A stretch of DNA of 59,619 nucleotides, filler included, from Sphacelaria rigidula (taxonomy: Eukaryota): the NCBI GenBank assembly GCA_964200075.2. It is 9 parts of 9 records of this genome, joined end to end, with 100 filler letters (N's around TTAATTAATTAA, not from the genome) between each part and the next. Parts side by side here need not be neighbours in the genome. Positions count along the whole stretch, not along the records: positions 33,180 to 39,714 come from CAXNAA020019493.1; positions 39,815 to 46,349 come from CAXNAA020019494.1; positions 46,450 to 52,984 come from CAXNAA020019495.1; 6 more parts are not named here. One strand, given 5' to 3'. The position numbers and the translations under genes were made by a program. Positions 36,540 through 48,368 of the stretch are shown piece after piece. How positions within the stretch are numbered: the first letter of the stretch is position 1; each line of letters opens with the position of its first letter. The notes below the pieces were generated by a model that did not search any database, was not told where the DNA came from, and was given only the letters and a program-made list of their open reading frames with translations.

Positions 36540-37975
36540 CTGTTGGGGAGTGATTGGGTCGAGTAGAGGAGTTAGAGCTAGGCACTGTACTGTAAGTACA
36601 CTGACGAGGTGTATTAGTAGTGGCAGTAGTAGTAGTGGTGGTGGTGGTGGTCGAGGATGAGGTCGTGAGTAGAGGGAAGACTGGCGGGTTTTGTTTTTGC
36701 TAGTTTCTGTGTGTATCTTTGTACTCTTTTCGTGTCGTTGCGTTTTTTTTTTCATTCTAGTGATCTATTTATTTACTTCAAGTAATATTTGGTGAGAAAA
36801 TGAGCGATATCGTTTTTGGTTTCTCCAGCAGTATGTGTGGTGTGCAGGCAATATGCTGCTTCTTTCGTAAGCGAGAATTTTGGAGTAGGGAAGAAGTAGG
36901 ACCGGGAAAGAAGTGAGTACACGTGGAGAGTCGCCACAGTGATGAGATGTCTTGTCGTTTTTTTTGCTCTTTTGTTTTCCGTTTTTTCGGCTGGATATGC
37001 AGAAGTAATGACGCTACAATTGCCGGAAAACTCCAAGAAATCGAAAAAACTTGTGTGTATGTACAGACATATTTTTACTATGATGTTCCCTTGCTTGTTT
37101 GACGACGATCGAGAAAACATGGCACAAAAAAATGCTGAGGGGACAGAACTACCTTTCACGACTATGAGTTAACTTTTATTTGATTCTGAAAGTCAGGTGT
37201 TGTGCTTCAGTAGTGTGTTTGTTTCCGGGTGGTGCTGATTTCGAAATGAGAACCCCCCCCCCCCTCCCCTCCTCCTTTCACGCCACGTATACGGTGGGTA
37301 GCGCGGTCTATCCTCCTCTATGTTATGCTGACTGTTGGTGTACCGCGTACTTATCAGTGGGGTGACACATGACAGTGCGTGGTGGGGTGCGCCTGCACTT
37401 CTCTTGGCGAATTTGCATTCTCATATTTTATTCTTGTTTCTCAAGTGTACAATCTTGACGAGCTAGCTCTACCGCCAGGTACTGCGTTCGCAAGTTTTTC
37501 TTTCTGCGTTGGGAGTTGTCAGGTAACACAGTCTCGGCGCTCCAGAAGAGAGTCGCTTTTGAGGTTTCGATCGTCTGACACAGGACAGCCTGTACTTTTT
37601 TTTCTCTACGTGTCTGCGCTTTTGCGGATGTGGTTGTGTGTCAGCTGACTCTCGTGTGTGGACGTGCTTGCCGAAGAATGGCCCCGGCATATCAACGCAC
37701 ATCATAAAGGAAATAAACATGTCGTGTGCGTCGGTTTTTTCAAAATGTGGGGTGTGAGATTTTGTAAACCGGGTGTGTGTACGCATTTCAGGTATTTCTC
37801 CATGTTTGTATGTACTTGTGCCCCTGCTTCATCTTGCCCTCTGTGTTTTTTACCCTGTCCGCTGTTGCGGTCTTCAATGTATGCGGTGTCTCACCGGCGA
37901 TATGGCCACTTTATTCAACAACCCACAAAAAAACAGAACATGGCGGAGTGAACGAACTTGATTGAGCATATGAAG

Positions 37976-38848
37976 ACGGGATTTTACAAATTGGGGATGG
38001 ATTATTTATAGGGGATGAGAACCCGGGGAATTGAAATCCTTGTTTCCACACAAAATCTTGGAAACATGATTCCATTTCTTGACTTGCTGGTAGCTATTGA
38101 TGAGTACTACGCACCATACAAATTTGATTTTCGATAACCGAAATGTCGGAGTCCTGGGTGAAAAATCAATTTCGGGATCCAATCCCATCACCTAAATCCC
38201 CCGAAATTGGTTTTTCACCTAGGACCCCGACATTTCGAATATCGAAGTCGAAATTCGTATGGCGTGTAGTAGTTGTCAACAGCTACCGGCAAGTCAAGAA
38301 ATGGAGGCATACTTGACACGGGATCTTACAAATTGGGGATGGATCTTTTGGGGAGGATGAGAAACCCGGAAGATTAAAATCTTCGTATCCACACCAAATC
38401 TTCGAAATATGGTTCCATTTCTCCCCCTACCGATAGCTATTGACCACTGCAACACTCCACAGTAATTTGGATCTCTACCACCGAAATGTTGGGGTCCTGG
38501 GTGAAAAACCAATTTTGGGGAATTCCGGGTGTCCGAACAGACGCTAAAATGGTTCCGAAATTGTTTTTTCACCTAGGACCCCAACATTTCGGTGATCGAA
38601 ATCCTAATTTCGATAGCGTGTAGCAGTCGTCAATAGCTATCAGTAGGTGAAGAAATGGAACCATATTTCGAACATTTGGTGTAGATACGAATATTTTAAT
38701 TCTTCAGGTTTCTCATCCCCAATACAAGATCCATCCCCAATTTGTAAGATCCCGTATTACTTCGAAGATTTATTGTGGATACGAAGGTCTTGAATCTCAG
38801 GGTTTTCATCCCAATAAAAAATCCATCCCCAATTTGTAAAATCCCGTG
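37976..38848. mobile_element. Foldback MITE (outer copy) interrupted by a copy of the same family
   Basis: TIRs ACGGGATTTTACAAATTGGGGATGGAT / ATCCATCCCCAATTTGTAAAATCCCGT. Confidence 0.88.
38316..38757. mobile_element. Foldback MITE (inner nested copy, ~440 bp)
   Basis: TIRs ACGGGATCTTACAAATTGGGGATGGATC / GATCCATCCCCAATTTGTAAGATCCCGT. TACTT is duplicated at 38310-38314 and 38758-38762. Confidence 0.88.
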
Positions 38849-38967
38849 CTGATGATCTAAGTACGGATATGTGTATGTGAAGAATGTTTATGAGGTAGTG
38901 TGAGAAAACTACTAAATTCCACCGACTACAGCGCACAGATGAGCGATGGATGTCTCCTTGAACGTAC

Positions 38968-39146
38968 CAACATCAGATATCGGTCGTTGTACAAGCTCGA
39001 AGGCCCTTCTCCCTTCTGCCCTTTGAAACGCGATAACTTGCGCTGTACGCAGCGCACTTCAACGTCTTTGCTCATGCGAGTAGCACTTACAACGCTTTCG
39101 ACGTCACCACCTCTGGCCATCAAATTACGGCGAAGACGTATCACAG
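38968..39146 (-). CDS. Probable internal exon, unknown product (VIRLRRNLMARGGDVESVV...YNDRYLML)
   Basis: ACTGAT branch-like site, TTTTCAG acceptor, GTACGT donor, exactly one open frame. Confidence 0.5.
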
Positions 39147-40250
39147 CTGAAAAGCATCAGTGGGTATGTGTCCTATCTACACAATGTTGAGTCGTTCCAA
39201 TTTCACGAAGTGAAGTTGGTTTCTGCTGCGAGTAAAAATTAGACCAAGTTTTTTTTGCGACTCCGTTTTGCGTCAGGATTCTTGCGACCTGATTCTTGCG
39301 GTCAGATTTTTGCGATAGATTTTTTGCTAGATTTTCCACTCTAAAGCACCTGCCGATTTCTTTTTTTTGGGGATAACTTCGTCAAACGGAAACCAAACGC
39401 ATCCTGCTCCAAGGGGGGCCTGGACAAACAGCAGTTGCTGCTGTCCACCTAGTATCATCCTCCAAATCGAAGTCTTGAGTAAGAACAGCGTTTGGTGCCC
39501 ATGTACAAGGATGATCTACATCGAGTATCATGCTTCAAAACGTACCTGACAAGGGGGCAACACTCCCGTATAGACAGCGGTAATGCTAGCGAAATTTACG
39601 TCCTGACAGTCGGTGACAGTCTGGCAGCCGGCGAGATGGTTATGGTAGTGTCCTTCTAACAGCGAATCATCTATGTTGAGGATGGTGCTTCTTGTTGAGG
39701 ATGAAACACAGTCGNNNNNNNNNNNNNNNNNNNNNNNNNNNNNNNNNNNNNNNNNNNNTTAATTAATTAANNNNNNNNNNNNNNNNNNNNNNNNNNNNNN
39801 NNNNNNNNNNNNNNCGTCGCGTGATATTATTGGACAAACCCAACTGGACTGTTCCGGAATTTTATTTTCGGTGCATCCATGACGTGTGCATCTATAGTCT
39901 TCTTTGGTCCTCCACAGTGAAAATGGTTGCCGTCGGTCTTCTCTGTTTCCATATTTTCTTCTTTGTCAGGGCTTCTCATAATGAGGCGTCTGGCCCGGGG
40001 ACGGGAGGGGAGGGGAGGGTTCCCAAAGGGTTAACGTTACACGTCACAAAGTTCGTTACACGCCACAAGATTCGTTACACACGGAGCTCTCTTTAATCTC
40101 AAGTCAAATCAAATAGAGAGTCGGGCCAGGCTAGTACTAACGGTGGGGAACAACGTGGTCCCCCACCGTCATACCCAGCTTGGTTGAACTTGTGACTAGT
40201 AACGTTAAGTGCTCTGGTATTTTCAACCGAAAGGACGCCTGTTGGCTCAC

Positions 40251-40318
40251 CTTCTGCGCAACCTCGCCTCGGGTCCGCTTTCTCTGTCTTCTGGGAAGGC
40301 CGGCATCTCCTTTAACAC
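40251..40318 (-). CDS. AP2A: AP-2 complex subunit alpha (alpha-adaptin), third visible exon
   Basis: VLKEMPAFPEDRES matches the conserved VLEEMPPFPERES. CAG acceptor, GTGAGC donor, in phase with the previous exon. Confidence 0.9.
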
Positions 40319-40488
40319 CTGCCATATCAAGAATAAGAAGTGATGAATCAGACCATATAATATCACGGGATTGCCATGTACCGCAGCAGTGGACACAAAA
40401 TCTTGAATAGGGTTGTGTACTAGCAACGATATATATATTTGATGATATCGGTTGACAACTACATATGTTGCGCCGAACAAAAAAAAAT

Positions 40489-40636
40489 CCGATATTTTCA
40501 GGATAGGTTTCGATGTTTTCACGGTATATGCTGATATTGGCACAATATATGCCGAAATTGTCACCATACATGCGGATATTGTTACGATATATGTCGATAT
40601 TGTTACGATGTAAACCGATATTTTCACGATATATGC
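40489..40636. repeat. 21-bp minisatellite (CCGATATTTTCACGATATATG-like), ~7 copies, with more copies at 40825-40898 and 42273-42290
   Basis: Regular 21-bp periodicity is visible. It lies inside an AP2A intron. Confidence 0.8.
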
Positions 40637-40898
40637 CAACTGTTGTTGTTGGTGGCGGTGGTGTCTTCACGATAAAAACCGTTCCAATATCTGTGCAGTA
40701 CTCTGTGCTGGGCATCTGATGCGGATGCCTTCCGTGGTCACAGGCTAGCTACCCAAAATAGGGTGAAGGAAGATGGAAGAATATAATCGGTAATATTGTC
40801 TGGATAAATATATATATATATATATATCGATATTTGCACGCTATAGCCGATATTGTCACCATGTATTCCAATATTCTTGACGATATATGCCACTATTT

Positions 40899-42272
40899 CA
40901 AAAGTAGGTCAAGTAGAGTATGTACTTTTGAGTACTCGAGTAAAATACTCAAGTATTTACTCTACTCGACGTTTGAGTAGGTCGAGTACGGCCTCAAATA
41001 CTCTACTCAAATTTTGAGTACGTCGAGCACGACCTCAAATACTCTACTAAAATATTGAGTGAGCACCCTCCGCAATACTCGAGTATAGAGTATCACTTGA
41101 GTATGACCTCAATACTCTACTCAAAAATTGAGTACGTTGAGTACGGCCTTAAATACTCTACTCAAAATTTGACTACGTTGAGTATGATCTCAAATATTCT
41201 ACTCAAATTTTGAGTACGTCGAGCACGACCTCCAATACTCCACTCAAATATTGAGTAAGCACCCTCAGCAATACTCGAGTATAGAGTATCACTTTAGTAT
41301 GACCTCAATACTCTTCTCAAAAATTGAGTACGTTAAGTACGGCCTCAAATACTCTATACTCAAAATTTGACTACGTTGAGTATGATCTCAAATATTCTAC
41401 TCAAATTTTGAGTACGTCGAGTACGGCCTCCAATACTCCACTCAATTTTTGAGTAGATCGAGTACGACCTCAAATACTCTACTCAAATATTGAGTAAGCA
41501 CTCTCAGTAATACTTCAGTAGAGAGTATACGCCTTGGGTATGGTGAGTACCCCTGATCGTCGGCGACTTAGTGACGTCACTTTACAGACTATGTTGAATG
41601 CATGGGCGAACGATGGCCATAAAAAAAAGCGTGCAGGTGAATGAACCTACCTGCCCCAGTTCCCCATCTCACCAGCCCCCACCCACGGCACTTCATACTC
41701 GATACCTCGCAACGCCTTCAATATTACTTTGAGCACAGAGCGCTACTCATCATTATGGAGCAATCGAATACGAAGTAGACGAGTAGTCGAGTAGGTATTA
41801 TCAAAAATGAGCGACTCTACTGGTCACATATGTGACTTCTACATGGGAGAGTTAGCGGGTTAAACAGCGCAAGACGGGAAAACATCGCAACAGTCGCCAG
41901 AGGAAGGAAGATGTTGAAGTAATAGGTTTTGGTACATCGGACCCGGCCTCCGATACTCTACTCAAGTTTTGAGTAGGTCGAGTACGGCCTCAAATACTCT
42001 ACTCAAATTTGAGTACGTTGAGTATGGTCTCAAACACTCAACTCAAATTTTGAGTAGGTTGAGTACGGCCTCCAATACTCTACTCAAATTTTGGGTAAGC
42101 ACTCTCAGTAATACTTGAGTATAGAGTTTCGCTTGAGTATGGCCTCAATACTCTACTCAAATTTTGAGTACATTGAGTACGACCTCAAATACTCTACTCA
42201 AACTTCGAGTACTAAAAATATGACTCTTCAAAAATACTGAGTATTGAGTATACTATACTCGACCTATCCTTG
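40899..42272. mobile_element. Non-autonomous hAT-like DNA transposon with ~39-bp subterminal tandem repeats
   Basis: TIRs CAAAAGTAGGTCAAGTAGAGTAT / ATACTATACTCGACCTATCCTTG. 8-bp TSD CACTATTT / CAATATTT (one mismatch). TACTCTACTCAAA...TTGAGTA arrays at both ends around a unique core (~41550-41940). Confidence 0.8.
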
Positions 42273-43019
42273 CAATATTTCACGACATATCGGCTTTACC
42301 AGTCTCCGATATATACTACGTTGTTTTCCGCTACCGCTACAGAACCCCTGGGTCTAAATCTATGCTTCGAAAACGATGAAATAAGAGAATGAAACAGACA
42401 CACCTCTTGAGACGACACCTCGAAGCAGAGAGTCTTTATGGCAAGAGAGCGTAGGGTGTGTACTTGGTTCGTCTCCGTCATCATCCATGATACAGAGATC
42501 TCGGGGATTCGAGAAGTCAGACTATAACAGATGTGCGGGGCATACGCAGTACCTCCTTCGCGGGTGCGACCTACTTGATCTCAGGCACCAGCCGCCCGCT
42601 ACGGCGCTGACTGATCAGATGGGTCGCACCACCGGAGGGGTTACTGCGCATGCTCCGCACATTTTTCATAGTCCGACTTCTCGAATCCCCAAAGTCACCG
42701 GGCCAGAGCTCATTTATTATTCTTTATTTCATGTACGTTACGTTGTAGTATGGTATATTCGATACAAAACCAAATACACACCCTATGCTCTCTTGTCGTA
42801 ATCCATGTTCCCGGAGGGACAGACTGATCCTTTGAACCAATTAGTTGAGCATGTCCGCCAGCAAGGCAGAATATGCCCCCCCGCCCCCCCGCGCGCGGGC
42901 CGCGGTTGAGCGAGCAAATCATCAGCTAATTTAGGCAGAGATAATCAACGCTAGATTTTGTTTTCACGCCTCCCAACATGCTTATTTCATGACGTGCACG
43001 CCTATCTGCGGCAATCACA

Positions 43020-43392
43020 AGCAACCAACAGGACATCGAATGAAAATCAATCAACGAATGCATGAAATCAATCTTACTAATACGAGGAATCGATCCCCCA
43101 CAATACATGGGATCAATTAACCTGTGAATGGAACTAGTCGACCTGTGAATGAAACCAATCCACCGATAAACGAAATCAATTCATGAACGCATGGAATCAA
43201 TCAACATATGAATGAACCCAATTAACAAATAAACGGATTCAATACACGAATGAACGGGATCAACAAACGAACGGAATCAATCCGCCAATGAGTGGAATCA
43301 ATCAACCAACAACAGAATGAAATCAATCAATCAAACACTAAATGGGATCAAACAAACCAAAAAATGAGATGAATCACACGATCAATCGATCA
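43020..43392. repeat. Degenerate ~21-bp minisatellite (GAATGAAATCAATCAAC-like)
   Basis: Repeated AAT(G/C)AA(A)TCAAT motifs next to an AP2A donor site. Confidence 0.7.
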
Positions 43393-43435
43393 AGGGGCCA
43401 ATCACCAACTATCTCCCATTCACGACCCGGCTCAC

Positions 43436-43534
43436 CTCCTCCATGACGTCGATGCCCATCTGCGGCAATCCCAAGTATTCGCACGCGCGCTGTTGAAGCT
43501 CAAGATTCTGACTACAACTCATTCGTTCAAACAC
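43436..43534 (-). CDS. AP2A: AP-2 complex subunit alpha, second visible exon
   Basis: VFERMSCSQNLELQQRACEYLGLPQMGIDVMEE contains the adaptin ELQQRAxEY motif. 99 bp, phase 0-0, canonical splice sites. Confidence 0.92.
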
Positions 43535-45619
43535 CTGGGGGCAGGTGGTAAACACCAGTTGGCAGTTGACAAGGGGCAGGGTAGGTTGGTGGCGGGGCCG
43601 GGTATGCTACATGATTTTGGTGCTTGTTGGTGAACGTCACGCGAGCTTTGTTTCGTGCGGCCATTCGGTGCAAGATTTCAAGGGTGTCTTGGGTAGGCTA
43701 TTTATTATGATGTACTATAAGACGTTCTACTCTTGAGCATCCAAAACTTGGGGAGAATATGGCGATCGCACTTACCCCTTTTGGAAGTCTTTGACGATTT
43801 TTGTTGTTGTGGATCGGCATCATTTTCAGTTGTTTTCAAGTCAAAATGATATCGATTCACAAAAACAAAAGTCATCGATGAGTTCCCAGGGGGTTAATTG
43901 AACGAAATATTTGGATACAATTGGTAGAATGGGCCATCGCAACACAAAATTCGGAAGAGTGCTTACCCAGGTATTTACCCTACTCAACACACCCTGGCAA
44001 GATTCCACCGCCACCAAATATGAATATAAGCAATCGTTCCAATATATTTCGAGGGGAACGGAACAGCAATCCAATCATCAAGCGAAATTGGAAGCGAAAT
44101 GGTTGCCATGCGTGGGCAGTTCGACATGATCATTCTCGTTCTCACAAAAGAGATTTACCGGAGAACGTTTCTTTCGCACCGTAGTCAGAGTGGAAGGGGG
44201 AAAAAAATCGGTAACGGTACCACACGCACCACTGTGAAAGCGTTTTCAGAGTCAACTTTTCAGAGTGATAAATCGGTTTGGAGTACTCCACTCTGCACAC
44301 CAATGTGCCTCTTCAAACTTCATAGCAGGACGAAAAAGGACCATCTCCACCCCCGCAGCCACGGCCACATCCAGTTCACCATCAACATACCCCAATAAGC
44401 AAAGTGGGATATCCATCACAACTGCCATGCGCATCAAAATAGACCATTCACGAAGTAGCAACGGTTGCCGCTGCAATCAGAATACCTCCCTGACGCCGTC
44501 ATTGTATCAGCATTCGTTCGGTTGTGTTGCGTGAAATATAAATGCTCGGCGGATACAACACGTTGCCTTGGGGGCAAGTCCTCACTCTTGCAAGCCTCCT
44601 CTGGAACAAGACAGCGAGTAAGCAGTGTTGTTATACACCTGGCTACATTGCCATTCCGTTAGGGGTCATGACGTCTTGCACCACCGTTATCGGTGGCAAG
44701 TTGCAAAATTATTGCAGAGCGGCTTTGTATGCTCTTTGAAAGTGCTGCCGTACGGTGCTTTTGTCTCGACAGTATTGCTGTACTTCACCATACCGCAATG
44801 GACTGTTGTAGGGTTCTGCATTGCACTGTCTGTACTGCACTGCCTATATACTCTACACTGCACAGCACCAGAGTGCCCTGCAGTGCACCGTCGTGAGGTG
44901 AAGTACGTGCAAGTGGAATGAAGCGTAGTGCACGGTACGGTACGGTGCCGCGGGGTGTAGTACAAGAAAGACTCGCTACTGTTGTTGTACAGTCAGTGCT
45001 GTGCTAACCTATGCAGTTTCGAGCTTGACGCTGGTCGATCGCACATTTTGGCGGCACAACCTGCGGCCAATCACTGCGACAAAACAAAATAACATCAAAC
45101 CACGTCACATCAAATCGCTATGAACTTTTTAGCATCCACTCTGAACTCATAAAAAGCTTCCACTCTGAAGTTCTTCCACTGTGACTTTATGACGGGAAAA
45201 GCATTGTCCGAACCTATCTAATCTCATTCTCATGTTTCTCTTACGTCAAGATGCCGCAACCCTACCAGCCCGACTAAAGGGCAGTCACTGTATCTGAAAA
45301 CCACTATTTTCCATCGTAGGGAGACTACGTGGCGCAAGATTACAGAGTTCACCCGAAAACCAAGTGACCCAATCTGATATGATGCGTGATGTGGTGTGGC
45401 ATGATCTATTCAAATCCGATTTCACACACCATTATGCTTTTCCCGAATCACTCAATCAGCACAAGTCACCGAAATCACGCCCTGTCTTACAACGTTATTG
45501 GAGTTTATCTGATCTGATCTGATCTGATCTGATGATGCACCAACCATCCGGGCGAGATCATCCAAAACCATCGAAATCGATCAGTTCGCTCGGAATCTTC
45601 GATTTTTTTTCACACTCAC

Positions 45620-45760
45620 AGGCGTGACGAGATCTCGGCACTCTGGATACAGGTTAGCGAGCTTGGCATAGGTGCTCAGCAGCAGGGCCTTTGCTGCCGG
45701 TCCGGCATCCGCGAAGTGCTGGTGAAGCACGTGGAACTGATCTTCACCGGACTTGTGTTC
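45620..45760 (-). CDS. AP2A: AP-2 complex subunit alpha, first visible exon
   Basis: QFHVLHQHF...ALLLSTYAKLANLYPE matches the alpha-adaptin LLLSTYxKxxNLxPE motif. 141 bp, phase 0-0, GTGAGT donor. Confidence 0.92.
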
Positions 45761-46112
45761 CTGACGTGACGTTGAAAACGAAAGCGAAGAAACAAAGTGT
45801 GAAGAACTGCAAAGAAAAGCATAAAAGAGCACGAAAAAATAATCGAAAAATGAACCAAAAAACGAAAAACTGTCAAGGAAAACGAATCATAAAAACAAGA
45901 AATGGAGACGAATCGGAAAAAACAAAAAAAAACAAGAGAACAGATAGAAACAAAATAAGAAAACACTCGCAGAAAAGATAAAAAGCAAGCAAACAAACAA
46001 AAACAACGATCTCCGACGCGAAATGGACACGAACTGTCATGTTATTATATTAGTAGGAGCGATGAACAATGGTTGAGGACAAGGAGGAAGCAAACACCAA
46101 AAAGTACTACAA

Positions 46113-46178
46113 CCGATCGCCCCGGCGGCTCAGTTGGTAACCTCGAAACCTTCTGACGGTTGGGTTGTGGGTACCAAA
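46113..46178 (+). mobile_element. tRNA-like SINE head fragment
   Basis: GCCCCGGCGGCTCAGTTGGTAACCTCGAAACCTTCTGACGGTTGGGTTGTGGG is nearly the reverse complement of 48308-48362. Confidence 0.75.
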
Positions 46179-48004
46179 TGGCACCATTTTTACTCGAACA
46201 CATACGCACCGGTAGTAGTTCGGTTATCCGACACACATACGATCCCCTGTATTTCGTGGAACCACCCCCCCCCCATTATAGAATCAACCTTCCACACGTC
46301 GGACAGATCAGTTTCTATGCGATCCAGCTCCTACAGGTGAAGTATGAACNNNNNNNNNNNNNNNNNNNNNNNNNNNNNNNNNNNNNNNNNNNNTTAATTA
46401 ATTAANNNNNNNNNNNNNNNNNNNNNNNNNNNNNNNNNNNNNNNNNNNNCGTCAACAACCGAGGGGATCGGGAACATGTTCAACATGTTCCCGATCCCCT
46501 CGGTTGTTGACGGAAGAGCCGCGAACCGAAAACATGGAACCGCCGACTTTTTCCCCCGAAACACGGCGGGCTACTTAGTTGGCGCCGAGAGCGGACAGAC
46601 TCGGCTTTGTGTTTACGACAAGATACGCCGGGCTTTGTGGTTGTGGTGGGTGAACGGCAAGTGAACCCGTACAAAATCCACTCCGCGGGTGGCAGCAAGG
46701 TTGTTGTTGCGCAGGGGTTGGGTAGTGCACGCGCCGACTACAGAGAAGAGGGTACCTACTGTAGGCTGTCCGCACCGGCCTTGAAAAGGCGGGAATGTTC
46801 AGGAAAAGAGAACAGTTTACCCATTGAACCAGTGAGCGCTCACTGGCTCAGTGGGTAGGTAAACTGTGCCCTTCCTGAACAAAAGATATGCGGTGTAGTC
46901 CGTCCCGGCATGCCGCATCAGTGATTTCCGGGGCCCCTTGCCCCACGCAAGCCTCACTACTCACACGTCAAACTCGTTCCTTCCACAATCGATGAGGGAA
47001 GGGCAGCCCAGACAAGGTATTTGCGAACAAACGTGACCACATGAGATGTATCTGTCGGAGTCTGGGCTCACCAGGGTGAGGTGGTTTTCGGTCGACGAGC
47101 GCTCTTTTGCGCATGGTCGTATGAGGCGGGAGTATGTGTGTGTGTATTTTCCGTTTTTTCCTCCGAGGCACGAGTGCAGTACCTTATCTCCGATTGATGT
47201 GCCTGAAGAACTCCAACCGAAAAAACGGTGTTTGTGTCGCGTTTTCCCAATTTTTGGCACACAGCAGTAGTTGCTCTACGATAGTGTACCTTTTCAGGGC
47301 GAAAACACACAAAGGTATACACCTTCTTTTGTAGACTGAGACCGAAAACTAAAGATGACTTAGCCGAGAAGGGCAGGGAAAGGGCAAAAAAATACACAAC
47401 ACTCGTCAAACCCCTTTGCGATTGACGATACTTGAAAAATTTGGCTCTGACATATATACAACAGCATCGCGCCACCACCCTCCTCTCCGTGTTTGCGTGT
47501 CTCCACTTTCCGCAGGGAATTCGCGAGCGTTCGAGGACCAATAGCCGTTCATCGCTGCTGCTGCACTGTCAGCCGCAAAAGAAACCGTATCTTGAACCGT
47601 GCACCACCCCCCCGACTGCTAGACCCCACCGCGTTCAACAACACTCCGCAGGTGATATACCGTGGATTTTCGACTATAGTCAGCAGGTAGGTGCACGGGC
47701 CTTGAACATTTTCCCCACAAGCCGCATATCTACCCACCCTTCCCTCACCCTCCCGAATGTTCTGGGCGAATCACAGATGTTTGGCGACTTTTTCTTCAGG
47801 GCAAATGCGGAATTCTTACATTTGTTTCCGTTCCAAATAAACATGCATATCTCGTACGTAGTTGTTTGCAGAAAAACCAAGAATTTTCTCGATTTCGTTT
47901 CCACTTCAAATCCGGATTTTCTCACAACTGTTTGCACGCGAGATTTGGATTTTCCCACCGCTGCTGTAATATCCAAGCTGACTACAATTTTACCGATCCA
48001 GATA

Positions 48005-48368
48005 GTGTGTGTGTGTTGTCCCATCTATTCTGGACGCCGGTCGTCTACACCTTTCGGTATATGTGTGGGCGCATCAGCCGGGGTCGCACAGGAGGAAGGT
48101 CAATACAGGAGTTGTTTGTTTGTTTGTTTTGTTTTTAGTACTCCACCTTCCTTCTGCGGTGCTTGCCTTTCTTTTTTATCGCGAAAGGGCTTCAGCAGTC
48201 CTTCGCCCTCGTCAACCGTTAATTCGAATTTTGTTTACCCACGACATAGTCGCTCTTCACTGTTGGGCATGGTGTGAGCAAAAATCCCAGATCGCTCCGA
48301 GATTTGAGCCCACGACCCAACCGTCAGAGGGTTTCGAGGTAACCAACTGAGCCACCGGGGCGACTGGC
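48005..48368 (-). mobile_element. Full-length tRNA-derived SINE (~365 bp)
   Basis: A box TGGCTCAGTTGG, degenerate B box GGCTCAAATC, body shared with 13765-13985, (CA)n tail. Possible short TSD ATAGT. Confidence 0.8.

Noticed and set aside
37658..37690. LAEEWP as the missing upstream RBM42 exon motif
   Set aside because: It is on a different contig, lacks splice context and is a chance match.
40137..40715. 192-aa ORF with a heptad repeat (IYRENIG...)
   Set aside because: It is the translation of a 21-bp intronic minisatellite and overlaps the real AP2A exon in another frame.
44760..45010. Cys/Thr/Val-rich ORFs in CAGTA/CACTG-type tracts (also 5480-5780 and 14110-14240)
   Set aside because: These are degenerate low-complexity repeats, and this one lies inside an AP2A intron.
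47432..48277. 281-aa ORF
   Set aside because: It starts at a non-ATG codon, runs antisense through a SINE and has no protein-like features.
48290..48365. Functional tRNA gene (also 46113-46178 and ~49055-49090)
   Set aside because: The cloverleaf does not close. The main copy continues into a SINE body and CA tail, and the others are fragments.
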